From Synergistaceae bacterium (GTDB lineage: Bacteria; Synergistota; Synergistia; Synergistales; Aminobacteriaceae), in the NCBI GenBank assembly GCA_017443945.1, contig JAFSXS010000052.1:11160-75159 (forward strand): a stretch of DNA of 64,000 nucleotides, read 5' to 3'. Below are positions 47,091-55,615 of this stretch, one piece after another. Both the position numbers and the translations under genes were made by a program. Position 1 is the first letter of the stretch. Each line of letters begins with the position of its first letter. The notes beneath the pieces were generated by a model. It worked only from the letters and a program-made list of their open reading frames with translations. It made no database searches and was not told where the DNA came from.

Positions 47091-48581
47091 TTATTTGTTA
47101 AAGTTTAATTTTTCCTTGATGGTCTCGATTAAATTTTTCGTAGTCTCACCAGTTCCGAACTCGTCAAGAATTACACCGAATGCTTTGCGTAATAAACGTT
47201 TGCCGGACGCTGAAAGGGGCTTATCATTTACTGTCGGTTCTTGTGCGGGCTCCTGTTCGATATATTCTGCTACTTCACGCATTATTTCACTGTGAGATTT
47301 ACATTTTTCGATAGCGGCATTGTATTTCTCGATGTCTGATTTTGCATTAAGTATTTCGCCCTCAAGCTGCTGTTTTCGTTCGTCGTCGTGATAGAGTCCC
47401 TCGTCGAGCCTGTATTGATTATCGTCGATTATTTTCTCTGAGTCAGAAATTTTCTTGAGGCTGCTTCTGATTGCGGCGGCCTTCTTGTAGATTCCTGATA
47501 ATTTCGCAAAAATATTCTTCATCGCTGACTCAAATGCTGCACGGGCTGAATTTTCCTTCAGATATTCGCGGCTTGTGTTAGGGATTAACGCTCTTGACAC
47601 GCAGAATAATTCACCGGCGAAATAATGTATTGCTTTCTCTTCGGGAAATAAATTTTGTAAAGTGTCTTCGTCGCCGATTTGTATATTATCTTTACGGAGC
47701 CTGATACTTCGCATTTTGCAGTTTTCCTTGATTACAGCCTTGAATGATGACAAACTGTACCACATCCACGCAAATAAATTATTGTCTTTATCGCGAATGT
47801 CTAAAAATTTTATGCTCCTGATACTGTCATCGCCGTTTGATGTCGTAAATTCAGGCTTGTAGGGCTTGAATAACTGCTCATTGTTCAGGAAAATTTTATA
47901 TACGTCGATTTTGAGTCCGAGTCCCTCCGCGTGCTGGTGGATCTGCGACATGAACGGCGCGAAAGTCTCTGCATACGGTAAAGGCGCAATAAATGCAAGA
48001 TAATTTTTTACCCCGTCAACGTCAAGCAAATAGTTGTGTTCTTCGCTTATTCCGTCAAGTTCTGCGATAAAATAATGTCCGTCTGTATCATCTGTAAAAT
48101 CTTGCGAAAATTTATAAATCTGCTTCAAGACTTCATCAGCCGTCAATTTTTCTGTGCTCGAAGTCAACTCACGCATTAAAGCTGCATCGCAAGTTAAACG
48201 CGAAATCACCTGCTCGCCATTGAACTTGGCCGTAAATGTCAGAGTCTTACAGCAGGAAAGGCCGCAAAGTCTCCCGATACCGCGAAAACCTTTATCAACG
48301 TCTTTATTTTTCTCGGAGGCCGCTATACTTCCAAGAAGGCGCGCGAAATCATCAGCTTTGACTCCTGCTGCGTTGTCCTCAATTTTTATATTGCTGGAGT
48401 CCTTGTCGATAAAAATATTTATGCAGCCTTGATCCCTGCTCGAAAAAATATTTTCCCTGACTGCATTGTCAATCGAGTCGCACGCGTTCTGTATGTACTC
48501 GCGAAAAATTGACCATGAGGTTTTATACAGTGCTTCCGTCAAGCTCTCAAGGGCATTTGCTCCGATAATATAATCGCTCAT
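47091..48581 (-). CDS. Hsp90/GHKL-type (Bergerat-fold) ATPase with an uncharacterised ~300-aa C-terminal region; third gene of the NurA-HerA-GHKL operon
   Basis: It follows HtpG motif by motif: ALYKTSWSIFREYIQNACDSIDN (N box), IKIEDNAAGV (G1, with Ala for the first Gly), LGSIAASEK, GFRGIGRLCG (G2). There is a coiled-coil-like tail. SD AAGGAG lies 9 nt before the ATG. Confidence 0.75.
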   Translation of the reverse strand: MSDYIIGANALESLTEALYKTSWSIFREYIQNACDSIDNAVRENIFSSRDQGCINIFIDKDSSNIKIEDNAAGVKADDFARLLGSIAASEKNKDVDKGFRGIGRLCGLSCCKTLTFTAKFNGEQVISRLTCDAALMRELTSSTEKLTADEVLKQIYKFSQDFTDDTDGHYFIAELDGISEEHNYLLDVDGVKNYLAFIAPLPYAETFAPFMSQIHQHAEGLGLKIDVYKIFLNNEQLFKPYKPEFTTSNGDDSIRSIKFLDIRDKDNNLFAWMWYSLSSFKAVIKENCKMRSIRLRKDNIQIGDEDTLQNLFPEEKAIHYFAGELFCVSRALIPNTSREYLKENSARAAFESAMKNIFAKLSGIYKKAAAIRSSLKKISDSEKIIDDNQYRLDEGLYHDDERKQQLEGEILNAKSDIEKYNAAIEKCKSHSEIMREVAEYIEQEPAQEPTVNDKPLSASGKRLLRKAFGVILDEFGTGETTKNLIETIKEKLNFNK

Positions 48582-48602
48582 AAAAAATTTCTCCTTCCTG
48601 AT

Positions 48603-50252
48603 TTAATCATTAAATTGCTTATAAACCGGTTTCGGAAATCTCACGCGCAAAAGAGTCCTAAAAATTGGATTCTGTATCAAGTACTCGCCCTGTTCAAGAC
48701 GCGTTAAAATATTCTTGTAGGTGCTTGGGAAATTGCTGTAGTCATGATTTCCGGCTTCGAGCGCATTACTTCGGCCATAAGCATTTGTCGCGCAGTTTCC
48801 TGTTACTCGCGGATGAATCGCAGATCTAAATTGTTCAGCACCGAATAAAATTACTCCCATAGATCTCCCGCGTTCGGCAACGTCTAAAAGCTCGTGCAAA
48901 ATGGGTGAACTTCTTGCAACATCTTTCGAGGCATATTTATTAAGCTCGTCAATGAAGATTATTATTTTTTCGGGAGGATTCAAACCTTCATAGCTGCCCA
49001 GTTTTAAATTATAAATTGTCTTTAGTGCATCGCCGAAAACAAATGCCTGTTTGCTGCTGTCAAGTTTGGAAATGTCTATTACTTTGACTTCTCCGGGCTG
49101 TATCTGCCTTAACTCTTCAGAAAGCCTGCATTCATCTTTTGCGCTTGAACGCCTTGACTCAGATTTAAACATTTCATCATATTTTATAAACGTGTTAATG
49201 AGCCTGTAAAATTTTTGCCAGCTTACAGTTTTGATTCCTCCGTCAGCTTTTGTGGCACCTATCGAGAAATCATGTATAGTTTTAAGCAGCTGATCCCATG
49301 TTCTTACGCCTCTAAAATCGGGGTCTTCGTCGTCCATTATCTTGCTTATAATAGACTCCGTTGTCTGGTAAGAGTCATCTATGTCAGCAAATAGCATTTC
49401 TATACGTCCGCGATCATATTCGTATAAATATTTAAATTTTTTGAGCTTCTTATCTGCAATATACCGCTTTATATCATCATCAGGCAAATACGAGCTTGAT
49501 TTACTTTCTCTGTATGGGATGTAATAGCTGACGTTTGTGAAGGGCTTTGCTGTTAGTCCGATAGTTTCATATTCTTTGCGCTCACTCTCTGTTAAATCGT
49601 CGTTGGGCTGGTCTATTGCCATTAAATCGCGTCCCTTAACGTTAAATATTACAAATGAGACGTTATCGCCGTTCAACTGCTCTTGAATCGCCTTCAATAA
49701 GAACATTGAGTAAGAAGTCTTTGCAGCGAGTCCCGAAATTCCCGAAATATTCAAGTGCGCGCCATCAGGGCCGAGAACAAATTTTGAATCCAGATTTACA
49801 GGTAAAGAAAGCTCGCTTTTAGTCCCCGCATACATTGTGATATAACCGCATGTTAAAGGCTTCTGAATCTTATCGAGTCCAAGCGCAGTATTAATTTCTT
49901 CGGCTGAAGCAAGATAAACGGGCGCATTATTCCGGACTGGGGTATAAAATTTTCGAGTGTTCATTATTACATTTGCTGTGATGCAGTTCATTTCGACTCG
50001 TTCTGTCGGTGCCTCTGCTTTGAGATTCCCGAAATCGTTAGAAATATAACCCGTCAAAAAACTTGATGAGTCAGTTATGTGCGAAATATTTTCTATGCTC
50101 CCGTAAGTGTAAGACCCGCCGATATGTTCAACTTTTATAATATCGAATGCATGAATAGGAAGTGTTGAGCTTGTCCAGAAAATAAATTTGTCCATCGTTG
50201 TAGGGCTGGACTCTGTTGCTATTACCCTGCCGATAATACTTTTTGCTGCCAA
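48603..50252 (-). CDS. HerA/FtsK-superfamily ATPase (HAS-barrel + RecA-like core) with a deviant P-loop
   Basis: IGRVIATESSP...FDIIKVEH (HAS-barrel-like), HLNISGISGLAAKTSY (P-loop position), VKVIDISKL...FVFGDALKTIY, Walker B IIIFIDELNKY, GVILFGAEQFRSAIHPRV. TTG start with GGAGG 9 nt upstream. Confidence 0.75.
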   Translation of the reverse strand: MAAKSIIGRVIATESSPTTMDKFIFWTSSTLPIHAFDIIKVEHIGGSYTYGSIENISHITDSSSFLTGYISNDFGNLKAEAPTERVEMNCITANVIMNTRKFYTPVRNNAPVYLASAEEINTALGLDKIQKPLTCGYITMYAGTKSELSLPVNLDSKFVLGPDGAHLNISGISGLAAKTSYSMFLLKAIQEQLNGDNVSFVIFNVKGRDLMAIDQPNDDLTESERKEYETIGLTAKPFTNVSYYIPYRESKSSSYLPDDDIKRYIADKKLKKFKYLYEYDRGRIEMLFADIDDSYQTTESIISKIMDDEDPDFRGVRTWDQLLKTIHDFSIGATKADGGIKTVSWQKFYRLINTFIKYDEMFKSESRRSSAKDECRLSEELRQIQPGEVKVIDISKLDSSKQAFVFGDALKTIYNLKLGSYEGLNPPEKIIIFIDELNKYASKDVARSSPILHELLDVAERGRSMGVILFGAEQFRSAIHPRVTGNCATNAYGRSNALEAGNHDYSNFPSTYKNILTRLEQGEYLIQNPIFRTLLRVRFPKPVYKQFND

Positions 50253-50278
50253 TGCAAATTACCTCCTGTTAAAAATTT

Positions 50279-51388
50279 TTAGAATATCTGCAAGAAAGTT
50301 TTTGCGCTGATATATTTTGATTTAATATACTGTTCTGTCAAATATGACGGATAAATATAATTTGCCCAGTTCGAGTCTTTGCCCATACAGACGGGGCTGC
50401 GTTCGTTGAGCATAAATGCGCTTAATTTGTTAATTTCTTGAGTCGTTATAGATTCAGTGTCGGACGATAAAATTTTTTCGAGCTTTATTACTCCGTCAAA
50501 TACTGAATGAGTGCGCCTCTTGTCATGCATTCTCAAGTACCAGACAATAATTTTTTTGTCGCCTAAGATTTCGGGATTCGTGAATAATGCCGCCTGAGTC
50601 CTGTTATATAAGGGCAATTCAGCAATATAAAGCGGGTCGGGCTGTCCGTGAGAATTTATGCAGATTTCGGGATTAAAATTTTTCACGACTCCCAGAACGT
50701 AATTATAATTGTTAGAGTCAACATCTTTTGCGTAAAGGCTTTCGAGAGTCCCGTCTTTGACTAAATAATTTGTGTCTGATAATAAATTTTTTTCCGTGAG
50801 ATATTCTATTAATTTGATCTCGTAGCTTCTTGAACGCGATAAAATTTTATCTCTTGCTCGATCGTCTAATAATTTTGTTCCAGCGTCTAAAGTCGAATAA
50901 TTCAGCACGACAGAAATTTTTAAATCGCCGGATAATGAGTCATTTAATTTTTGCTTGAGTTCCGAGAAAAATTTTTTCTGCCCGTCAAAATTTGCTACGT
51001 CTGGAAGAGCTATTACTATTTCATGTTGATATATGAAGGGTAATAATTTTTTTGCTGTTCTTTTGCAGCAGGCGACTCCGATTTGGCCGGCTATTATGGG
51101 ATAAATTTTTTGTGAGTAAACAATGTCGTCAACTTTGTAATTTTGTCTTGCGCTGTCGATGAAATAATTTAAAATCTGCTTGTCTGAACGTGATAATTTT
51201 TCGCTTTCTGACTTAATGTCTATATATTTTGTGTCTGTTGAAGATTCTGCGTTCCTGAGCCAAACGCCGCCGGAGGAGTCTTCGTTTTCTTGTTCATGCT
51301 CTAATGAGTCAGCGCTAATTTTTTCGACTCTGTAGCTTGAGCCGTGAGTCTCACGTTCTATAATGTCAATTAATCCGCTGTGAGTCAT
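50279..51388 (-). CDS. NurA-like (RNase-H-fold) nuclease candidate; first gene of the operon
   Basis: The motifs occur in NurA order: SYEIKLIEY, then about 20 aa, then YLVKDGTLE, VLGVVKNF, IIVWYLRMH...GVIKLE, NYIYPSYLTEQY. The first catalytic Asp is not confidently placed. SD GGAG lies upstream of the ATG. Confidence 0.5.
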   Translation of the reverse strand: MTHSGLIDIIERETHGSSYRVEKISADSLEHEQENEDSSGGVWLRNAESSTDTKYIDIKSESEKLSRSDKQILNYFIDSARQNYKVDDIVYSQKIYPIIAGQIGVACCKRTAKKLLPFIYQHEIVIALPDVANFDGQKKFFSELKQKLNDSLSGDLKISVVLNYSTLDAGTKLLDDRARDKILSRSRSYEIKLIEYLTEKNLLSDTNYLVKDGTLESLYAKDVDSNNYNYVLGVVKNFNPEICINSHGQPDPLYIAELPLYNRTQAALFTNPEILGDKKIIVWYLRMHDKRRTHSVFDGVIKLEKILSSDTESITTQEINKLSAFMLNERSPVCMGKDSNWANYIYPSYLTEQYIKSKYISAKTFLQIF

Positions 51389-51670
51389 GAAATTTTCTCC
51401 TGTTTTGATTTCGATAGGATTAAATTATTATAACATAGAAATTTTTAGTGATATAATAATTCGCAACTTCCCATAAACTTTATGAATCAAAGAAAAATAT
51501 TTTACTAATACTTTTGCTAATACAAAAAATTTAAATTTTTATGGTTGCAGCAAATATTTACGCTGGAAAAAATTTTTATAACGTGCGAAAAAATTTACGC
51601 GGCTGTATGTTCGATACATTTAAATATTCTGTAAAAACTTTTGCATAAACGCGACTCCAGACTATAAACC

Positions 51671-51685
51671 GGGTGGGTGGGTGGG
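51671..51685 (+). other. canonical G-quadruplex motif GGGTGGGTGGGTGGG
   Basis: Read directly. It lies in the 512-bp gap between clpB and the NurA-like gene. A second copy is at 61724-61739. Confidence 0.85.
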
Positions 51686-51841
51686 ATTAACCAATTAAAA
51701 CTCGGACTCAGAATCCTCTGTGAAGTTACGAAATATGAGAAAATGTTTTCTTGCTACGACCAATCGGCACTGTTTGCAAAAAAGGTTTTCGCTTTTGCCT
51801 TTGCCTGTATAGATTTAAAGTGTTTTCAGTATAATTATGCG

Positions 51842-51871
51842 CAAAAAATAGGGAAGGACTCAATCCCTCCC
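51842..51871 (-). terminator. intrinsic terminator of clpB
   Basis: On the minus strand, GGGAGGG pairs with CCTTCCC (one G.U pair), followed by TATTTTTT. Confidence 0.65.
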
Positions 51872-51900
51872 TTAAAGTATCGCATAAAAATTTTATTCAT

Positions 51901-54507
51901 TTATTCGAACGAGAAAATTAATTCTCCTGCTTTAACGTCAATATTTACACGAGTCTTTTCTCGGATTCCTCCGGCAATTAATGCACGCGCTAATTTCGTT
52001 TCTACATTGTGAGTGATATAACGCTTCAACGGCCTTGCACCGTAAACAGGATCATAACCTGCCGACGCGATAAAGGCCAATGCTTCATCAGAAAAATTTA
52101 ATTCGATCTGACGTTCTGCGAGCCTCTCTGACAAACGGGAAAGCAAAATTTTCACGATTGATTTCACTTCATCCTGCGTCAATGGCTTAAAGAATACTAT
52201 ATCATCAACTCTATTCAGAAATTCCGGCCTAAAATGTTCCCTCAATGCCTGCATAACTTCCTCGCGCGCTGATAATGCAATAGTATCGCCTACAATATTA
52301 TCAAGCAAAATCTGCGAGCCTATATTACTTGTCATGATAATAACTGTATTCTTGAAGTCTACTAAATGGCCGTGAGAGTCTGTTATTCTGCCGTCGTCCA
52401 AAACTTGCAGCAAAATATTAAACACGTCCGGATGAGCCTTCTCGATCTCGTCAAATAATATAACGCTGTAGGGTCTGCGCCTGACTGCTTCTGTTAATTG
52501 TCCGCCCTCGTCGTAACCTACATAGCCGGGGGGTGCTCCTACTAAACGCGAGACAGAATGTTTCTCCATATATTCGCTCATATCGATACGAATCATATTT
52601 TCTTCGCTGTCAAAGAGTGCTTCTGCGAGAGTCCTTGCGAGTTCAGTTTTTCCGACTCCTGTTGGCCCTAAGAATATAAATGAACCGATCGGGCGCTTTG
52701 GATCCTTTATTCCGCTTCGTGCGCGCAAAACTGCATCGGCTACGAGATTTACAGCTTCGTTTTGACCCACGACTCTTTTGTGTAAAATTTCGTCGAGCTT
52801 TAATAATTTTTCGCGTTCACCCTCTAATAACCGCGTTACAGGAATACCAGTCCAGCGGCTTACGATGTCGGCGATTTCGTCTTCTGTTACTTCTTCACGT
52901 AATAATTTCTTGCTGTCTGAGTCTGATTCTGATTTAACTTTCTCGGCAGCCTTTAATGACTCTTCTAATTCGCGCAATTTTCCATAACGTAATTCAGCAG
53001 CTTTGTTCAAATTATATTCACGTTCGGCGCGTTCGATTTCTGATTTAACGTTTTCGATCTGCGAGCGTAAATCCCTGATTCCGGAAATAGATTTTTTCTC
53101 GGCCTCATATTTTGCGCGTAAAGTATCAGCCTGCGTGCGTGCCTCCTGTAATTCTTCCTGCAATTTTTCGAGTCTTTCTTTGGAAGCGTCGTCGCTCTCG
53201 TGCTTTAATGCTGTCTCCTCGATTTCTAACTGCATAACTTTTCTTGATGCTGCGTCGAGTTCTGAAGGCTGCGAGTCAATTTCCGTGCGCAACATTGCAC
53301 ATGCTTCATCGACTAAATCAATTGCTTTATCTGGCAAAAATCTATTTGTTATATAACGATTCGAGAGTACAGCCGCACTCACAAGCGCATTATCACGAAT
53401 TACGACTCCGTGATGAACTTGCAATTTTTCACGAATCCCGCGCAAAATTGAAATTGTATCCTCGACTGAAGGCTGTTCAACGTCAACAGGCTGGAATCTT
53501 CGGGCAAGTGCTGCGTCTTTCTCGATATATTTGCGATATTCATCAACTGTAGTTGCGCCTATACAGTGAAGTTCACCGCGTGCGAGCATAGGTTTTAACA
53601 TGTTGCCTGCGTCGACTGCTCCTTCTGCTGCACCTGCTCCGACTATAGTGTGAAGTTCATCGATAAATAATAAGATTCGTCCGTCAGAGTTCTTTATCTC
53701 GTTTAGTACGGCTTTGAGTCGTTCTTCAAATTCACCGCGATATTTTGCACCCGCAATTAATGACCCCATATCAAGAGCAAAAACTGTACGATCCTTCAAG
53801 CCTTCGGGAACATCACCGCGCACGATTCTTTGTGCAAGACCTTCAACTATTGCTGTTTTACCGACTCCGGGATCGCCGATTAAGACGGGATTATTTTTTG
53901 TTTTGCGCGATAAAATTCTGATTACGCGTCTAATTTCGTCATCACGTCCGATAACGGGATCTAATTTTCCGTTTTTAGCAGCTTCTACTAAATCGCGGCC
54001 GTATTTTTCTAGTGCTTGATATGTTGCTTCAGGGTCTGCGCTTTGGACTCTTTGTGAGCCGCGTACAGAATTTAGAGTCTGTAAAAATTTTTCTTCTGTA
54101 ATGCCCAGCCGTGAAAAGATTCTGCCTGAAGGTGTATTACTGCCTTCACTCAACATAGCTAAAAATATATGTTCGACTGATGTATATTCGTCTTTGAGAG
54201 ATTTTGCGCGTTCGTCTGCACGATTTAATAAACGTTCGAGTCTTTGAGTGATGTAAATTTTTCCTTCCTCGACGCCCGAACCTGTAACTCTAGGCAATTT
54301 CGATAATTCGTCGTCTACAGATTTTGCGAGCGCACTTGTATTCACTCCCATACGCTTTAATAGTTGATTAATCAAGCCTTCTGAATCTTTTAACAATGCT
54401 GCTAATAAATGTTCTGTATCTACCTGCTGATGATTATATTCTGATGCTATTGCGCTTGCCTGCTGTAGTGCTTCTTGACTCTTGCGTGTTAATTTCTCTG
54501 CTGCCAT
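51901..54507 (-). CDS. clpB: ATP-dependent chaperone ClpB
   Basis: 868 aa with two AAA+ modules ([16 protein letters not shown]), a long middle coiled coil, and a Clp N-domain. Confidence 0.97.
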   Translation of the reverse strand: MAAEKLTRKSQEALQQASAIASEYNHQQVDTEHLLAALLKDSEGLINQLLKRMGVNTSALAKSVDDELSKLPRVTGSGVEEGKIYITQRLERLLNRADERAKSLKDEYTSVEHIFLAMLSEGSNTPSGRIFSRLGITEEKFLQTLNSVRGSQRVQSADPEATYQALEKYGRDLVEAAKNGKLDPVIGRDDEIRRVIRILSRKTKNNPVLIGDPGVGKTAIVEGLAQRIVRGDVPEGLKDRTVFALDMGSLIAGAKYRGEFEERLKAVLNEIKNSDGRILLFIDELHTIVGAGAAEGAVDAGNMLKPMLARGELHCIGATTVDEYRKYIEKDAALARRFQPVDVEQPSVEDTISILRGIREKLQVHHGVVIRDNALVSAAVLSNRYITNRFLPDKAIDLVDEACAMLRTEIDSQPSELDAASRKVMQLEIEETALKHESDDASKERLEKLQEELQEARTQADTLRAKYEAEKKSISGIRDLRSQIENVKSEIERAEREYNLNKAAELRYGKLRELEESLKAAEKVKSESDSDSKKLLREEVTEDEIADIVSRWTGIPVTRLLEGEREKLLKLDEILHKRVVGQNEAVNLVADAVLRARSGIKDPKRPIGSFIFLGPTGVGKTELARTLAEALFDSEENMIRIDMSEYMEKHSVSRLVGAPPGYVGYDEGGQLTEAVRRRPYSVILFDEIEKAHPDVFNILLQVLDDGRITDSHGHLVDFKNTVIIMTSNIGSQILLDNIVGDTIALSAREEVMQALREHFRPEFLNRVDDIVFFKPLTQDEVKSIVKILLSRLSERLAERQIELNFSDEALAFIASAGYDPVYGARPLKRYITHNVETKLARALIAGGIREKTRVNIDVKAGELIFSFE

Positions 54508-54606
54508 AATTTGTTCACTCCTTTAACTTTTACTGACGAAAGATTTTAAGTCAGAGTAAAAATTTTGCATGAGTATTTTGACGGCTTATTTTATCCCTCC
54601 CGCTAA

Positions 54607-54624
54607 CCCCCCCCCCCCCCCCCC
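54607..54624 (+). repeat. homopolymeric C18 tract (G18 on the clpB sense strand) within a wider C-rich block that extends to 54642
   Basis: Read directly: aa C18 gg C6 t CCC aa CCCC ga GGGGGG. It lies in the divergent clpB/flavodoxin intergenic region. Confidence 0.9.
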
Positions 54625-54735
54625 GGCCCCCCTCCCAACCCCGAGGGGGGAGAAAAAATTATTACATTTGCTATAAACTATGCTTGAATGTATATTATTA
54701 TTTACAAAAATTTTATCAGAAGGAGAAATTATCAC

Positions 54736-55209
54736 ATGAGCAACAAATTAGTAGCTTATTTCTCAGCAAGCGGCACAACAGGCAATATCGCAAAAAAATT
54801 AGCTGAATCAATCGGCGCAGACTTATACGAGATCAAACCTGCAGTAAAATATACAAGCGCAGATTTAAACTGGAATAACAGAAGTTCCCGTAGCAGTATC
54901 GAAATGCGCGACAAGTCATCACGTCCCGAACTCGCAGACAAGAACGCAAAAATTTCCGGCCATGATGTTATTTTTCTGGGCTTCCCAATTTGGTGGTACG
55001 TTGCACCGACGATAATTAACACTTTTCTCGAAAGCTACGATTTTACGGGCAAGAAAATTATTTTATTCGCTACATCGGGCGGATCGGGATTCGGTCAGGC
55101 CGTCGCAGGTTTACAGCCAAGCGCACCGGGGGCAAAAATTGTCGAGGGAAAATTATTTAACCGTTCTGTCAGTCCTGATGAGTTAAAGAAGTGGGCAGAA
55201 AGTTTTTAG
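54736..55209 (+). CDS. flavodoxin family protein
   Basis: MSNKLVAYFSASGTTGNIAKKLAE...IFLGFPIWW...ILFATSGGSG. The ATG at 54736 has AAGGAG upstream. Confidence 0.8.
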   Translation: MSNKLVAYFSASGTTGNIAKKLAESIGADLYEIKPAVKYTSADLNWNNRSSRSSIEMRDKSSRPELADKNAKISGHDVIFLGFPIWWYVAPTIINTFLESYDFTGKKIILFATSGGSGFGQAVAGLQPSAPGAKIVEGKLFNRSVSPDELKKWAESF

Positions 55210-55257
55210 AAATTTCTTGCGGGCGTGAGTTCTCTTGCGCTCGTTTTTGTTATTAAC

Positions 55258-55578
55258 ATGAGAACCGGCAATTTATTCACAAAAGTTAACCGCACTAATG
55301 ATGAATTTCTCGAAATACTTTTTTCGGGCAATAGTAATTTCAGAGTCGAGCGCATTGTATCAGAGGGTCATATTTCGCCGCAAAATTTCTGGTACGATCA
55401 AAATGAGTCTGAATTTGTCGCGGTCCTGCAGGGAAATGCAAAATTAGAGTTCGAGAATAAAATTTTAGAGCTTACCCCCGGCGATTGGGTGATAATTCCT
55501 CCTCACGAGAAGCACAGAGTAATTTATACATCGATTGAGCCTGCTTGTGTGTGGCTGGCCGTTTTTGGTGTAGAATAA
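55258..55578 (+). CDS. cupin domain protein
   Basis: GDWVIIPPHEKHRV and a beta-barrel-like sequence. The start could be ATG 55258 or GTG 55225. Confidence 0.6.
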   Translation: MRTGNLFTKVNRTNDEFLEILFSGNSNFRVERIVSEGHISPQNFWYDQNESEFVAVLQGNAKLEFENKILELTPGDWVIIPPHEKHRVIYTSIEPACVWLAVFGVE

Positions 55579-55615
55579 GAATACTAAATTTTTCAACAAA
55601 GGGAGCTGTCATAAC

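Noticed and set aside
46883-47295. Track ORFs 46883-47083 and 47086-47295 on the plus strand
   Set aside because: The first overlaps tRNA-Lys and tRNA-Glu. The second is antisense to the 3' end of the GHKL ATPase gene. Neither has an SD or recognisable motifs.
47003-51900. Calling the NurA-HerA-GHKL region an integrated mobile element
   Set aside because: No integrase, transposase or recombinase ORF is present. I could not find by eye a direct repeat of the tRNA-Glu or tRNA-Lys 3' end in 51389-51900. The composition looks like the flanks.
51677-52012. 111-aa plus-strand ORF in the clpB/NurA intergenic region
   Set aside because: It starts at a GTG inside the G-quadruplex motif, has no SD, runs across the clpB terminator into the antisense of the clpB 3' end, and has a low-complexity translation.
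52680-54019. Five plus-strand ORFs (85-117 aa) inside the clpB region
   Set aside because: They are antisense shadows of a strongly supported 868-aa ClpB gene, with Ser/Arg/Leu-rich low-complexity translations. The same applies to the other antisense track ORFs inside the surface-protein gene, fumC, the flagellin gene, feoB, ftsH and others.
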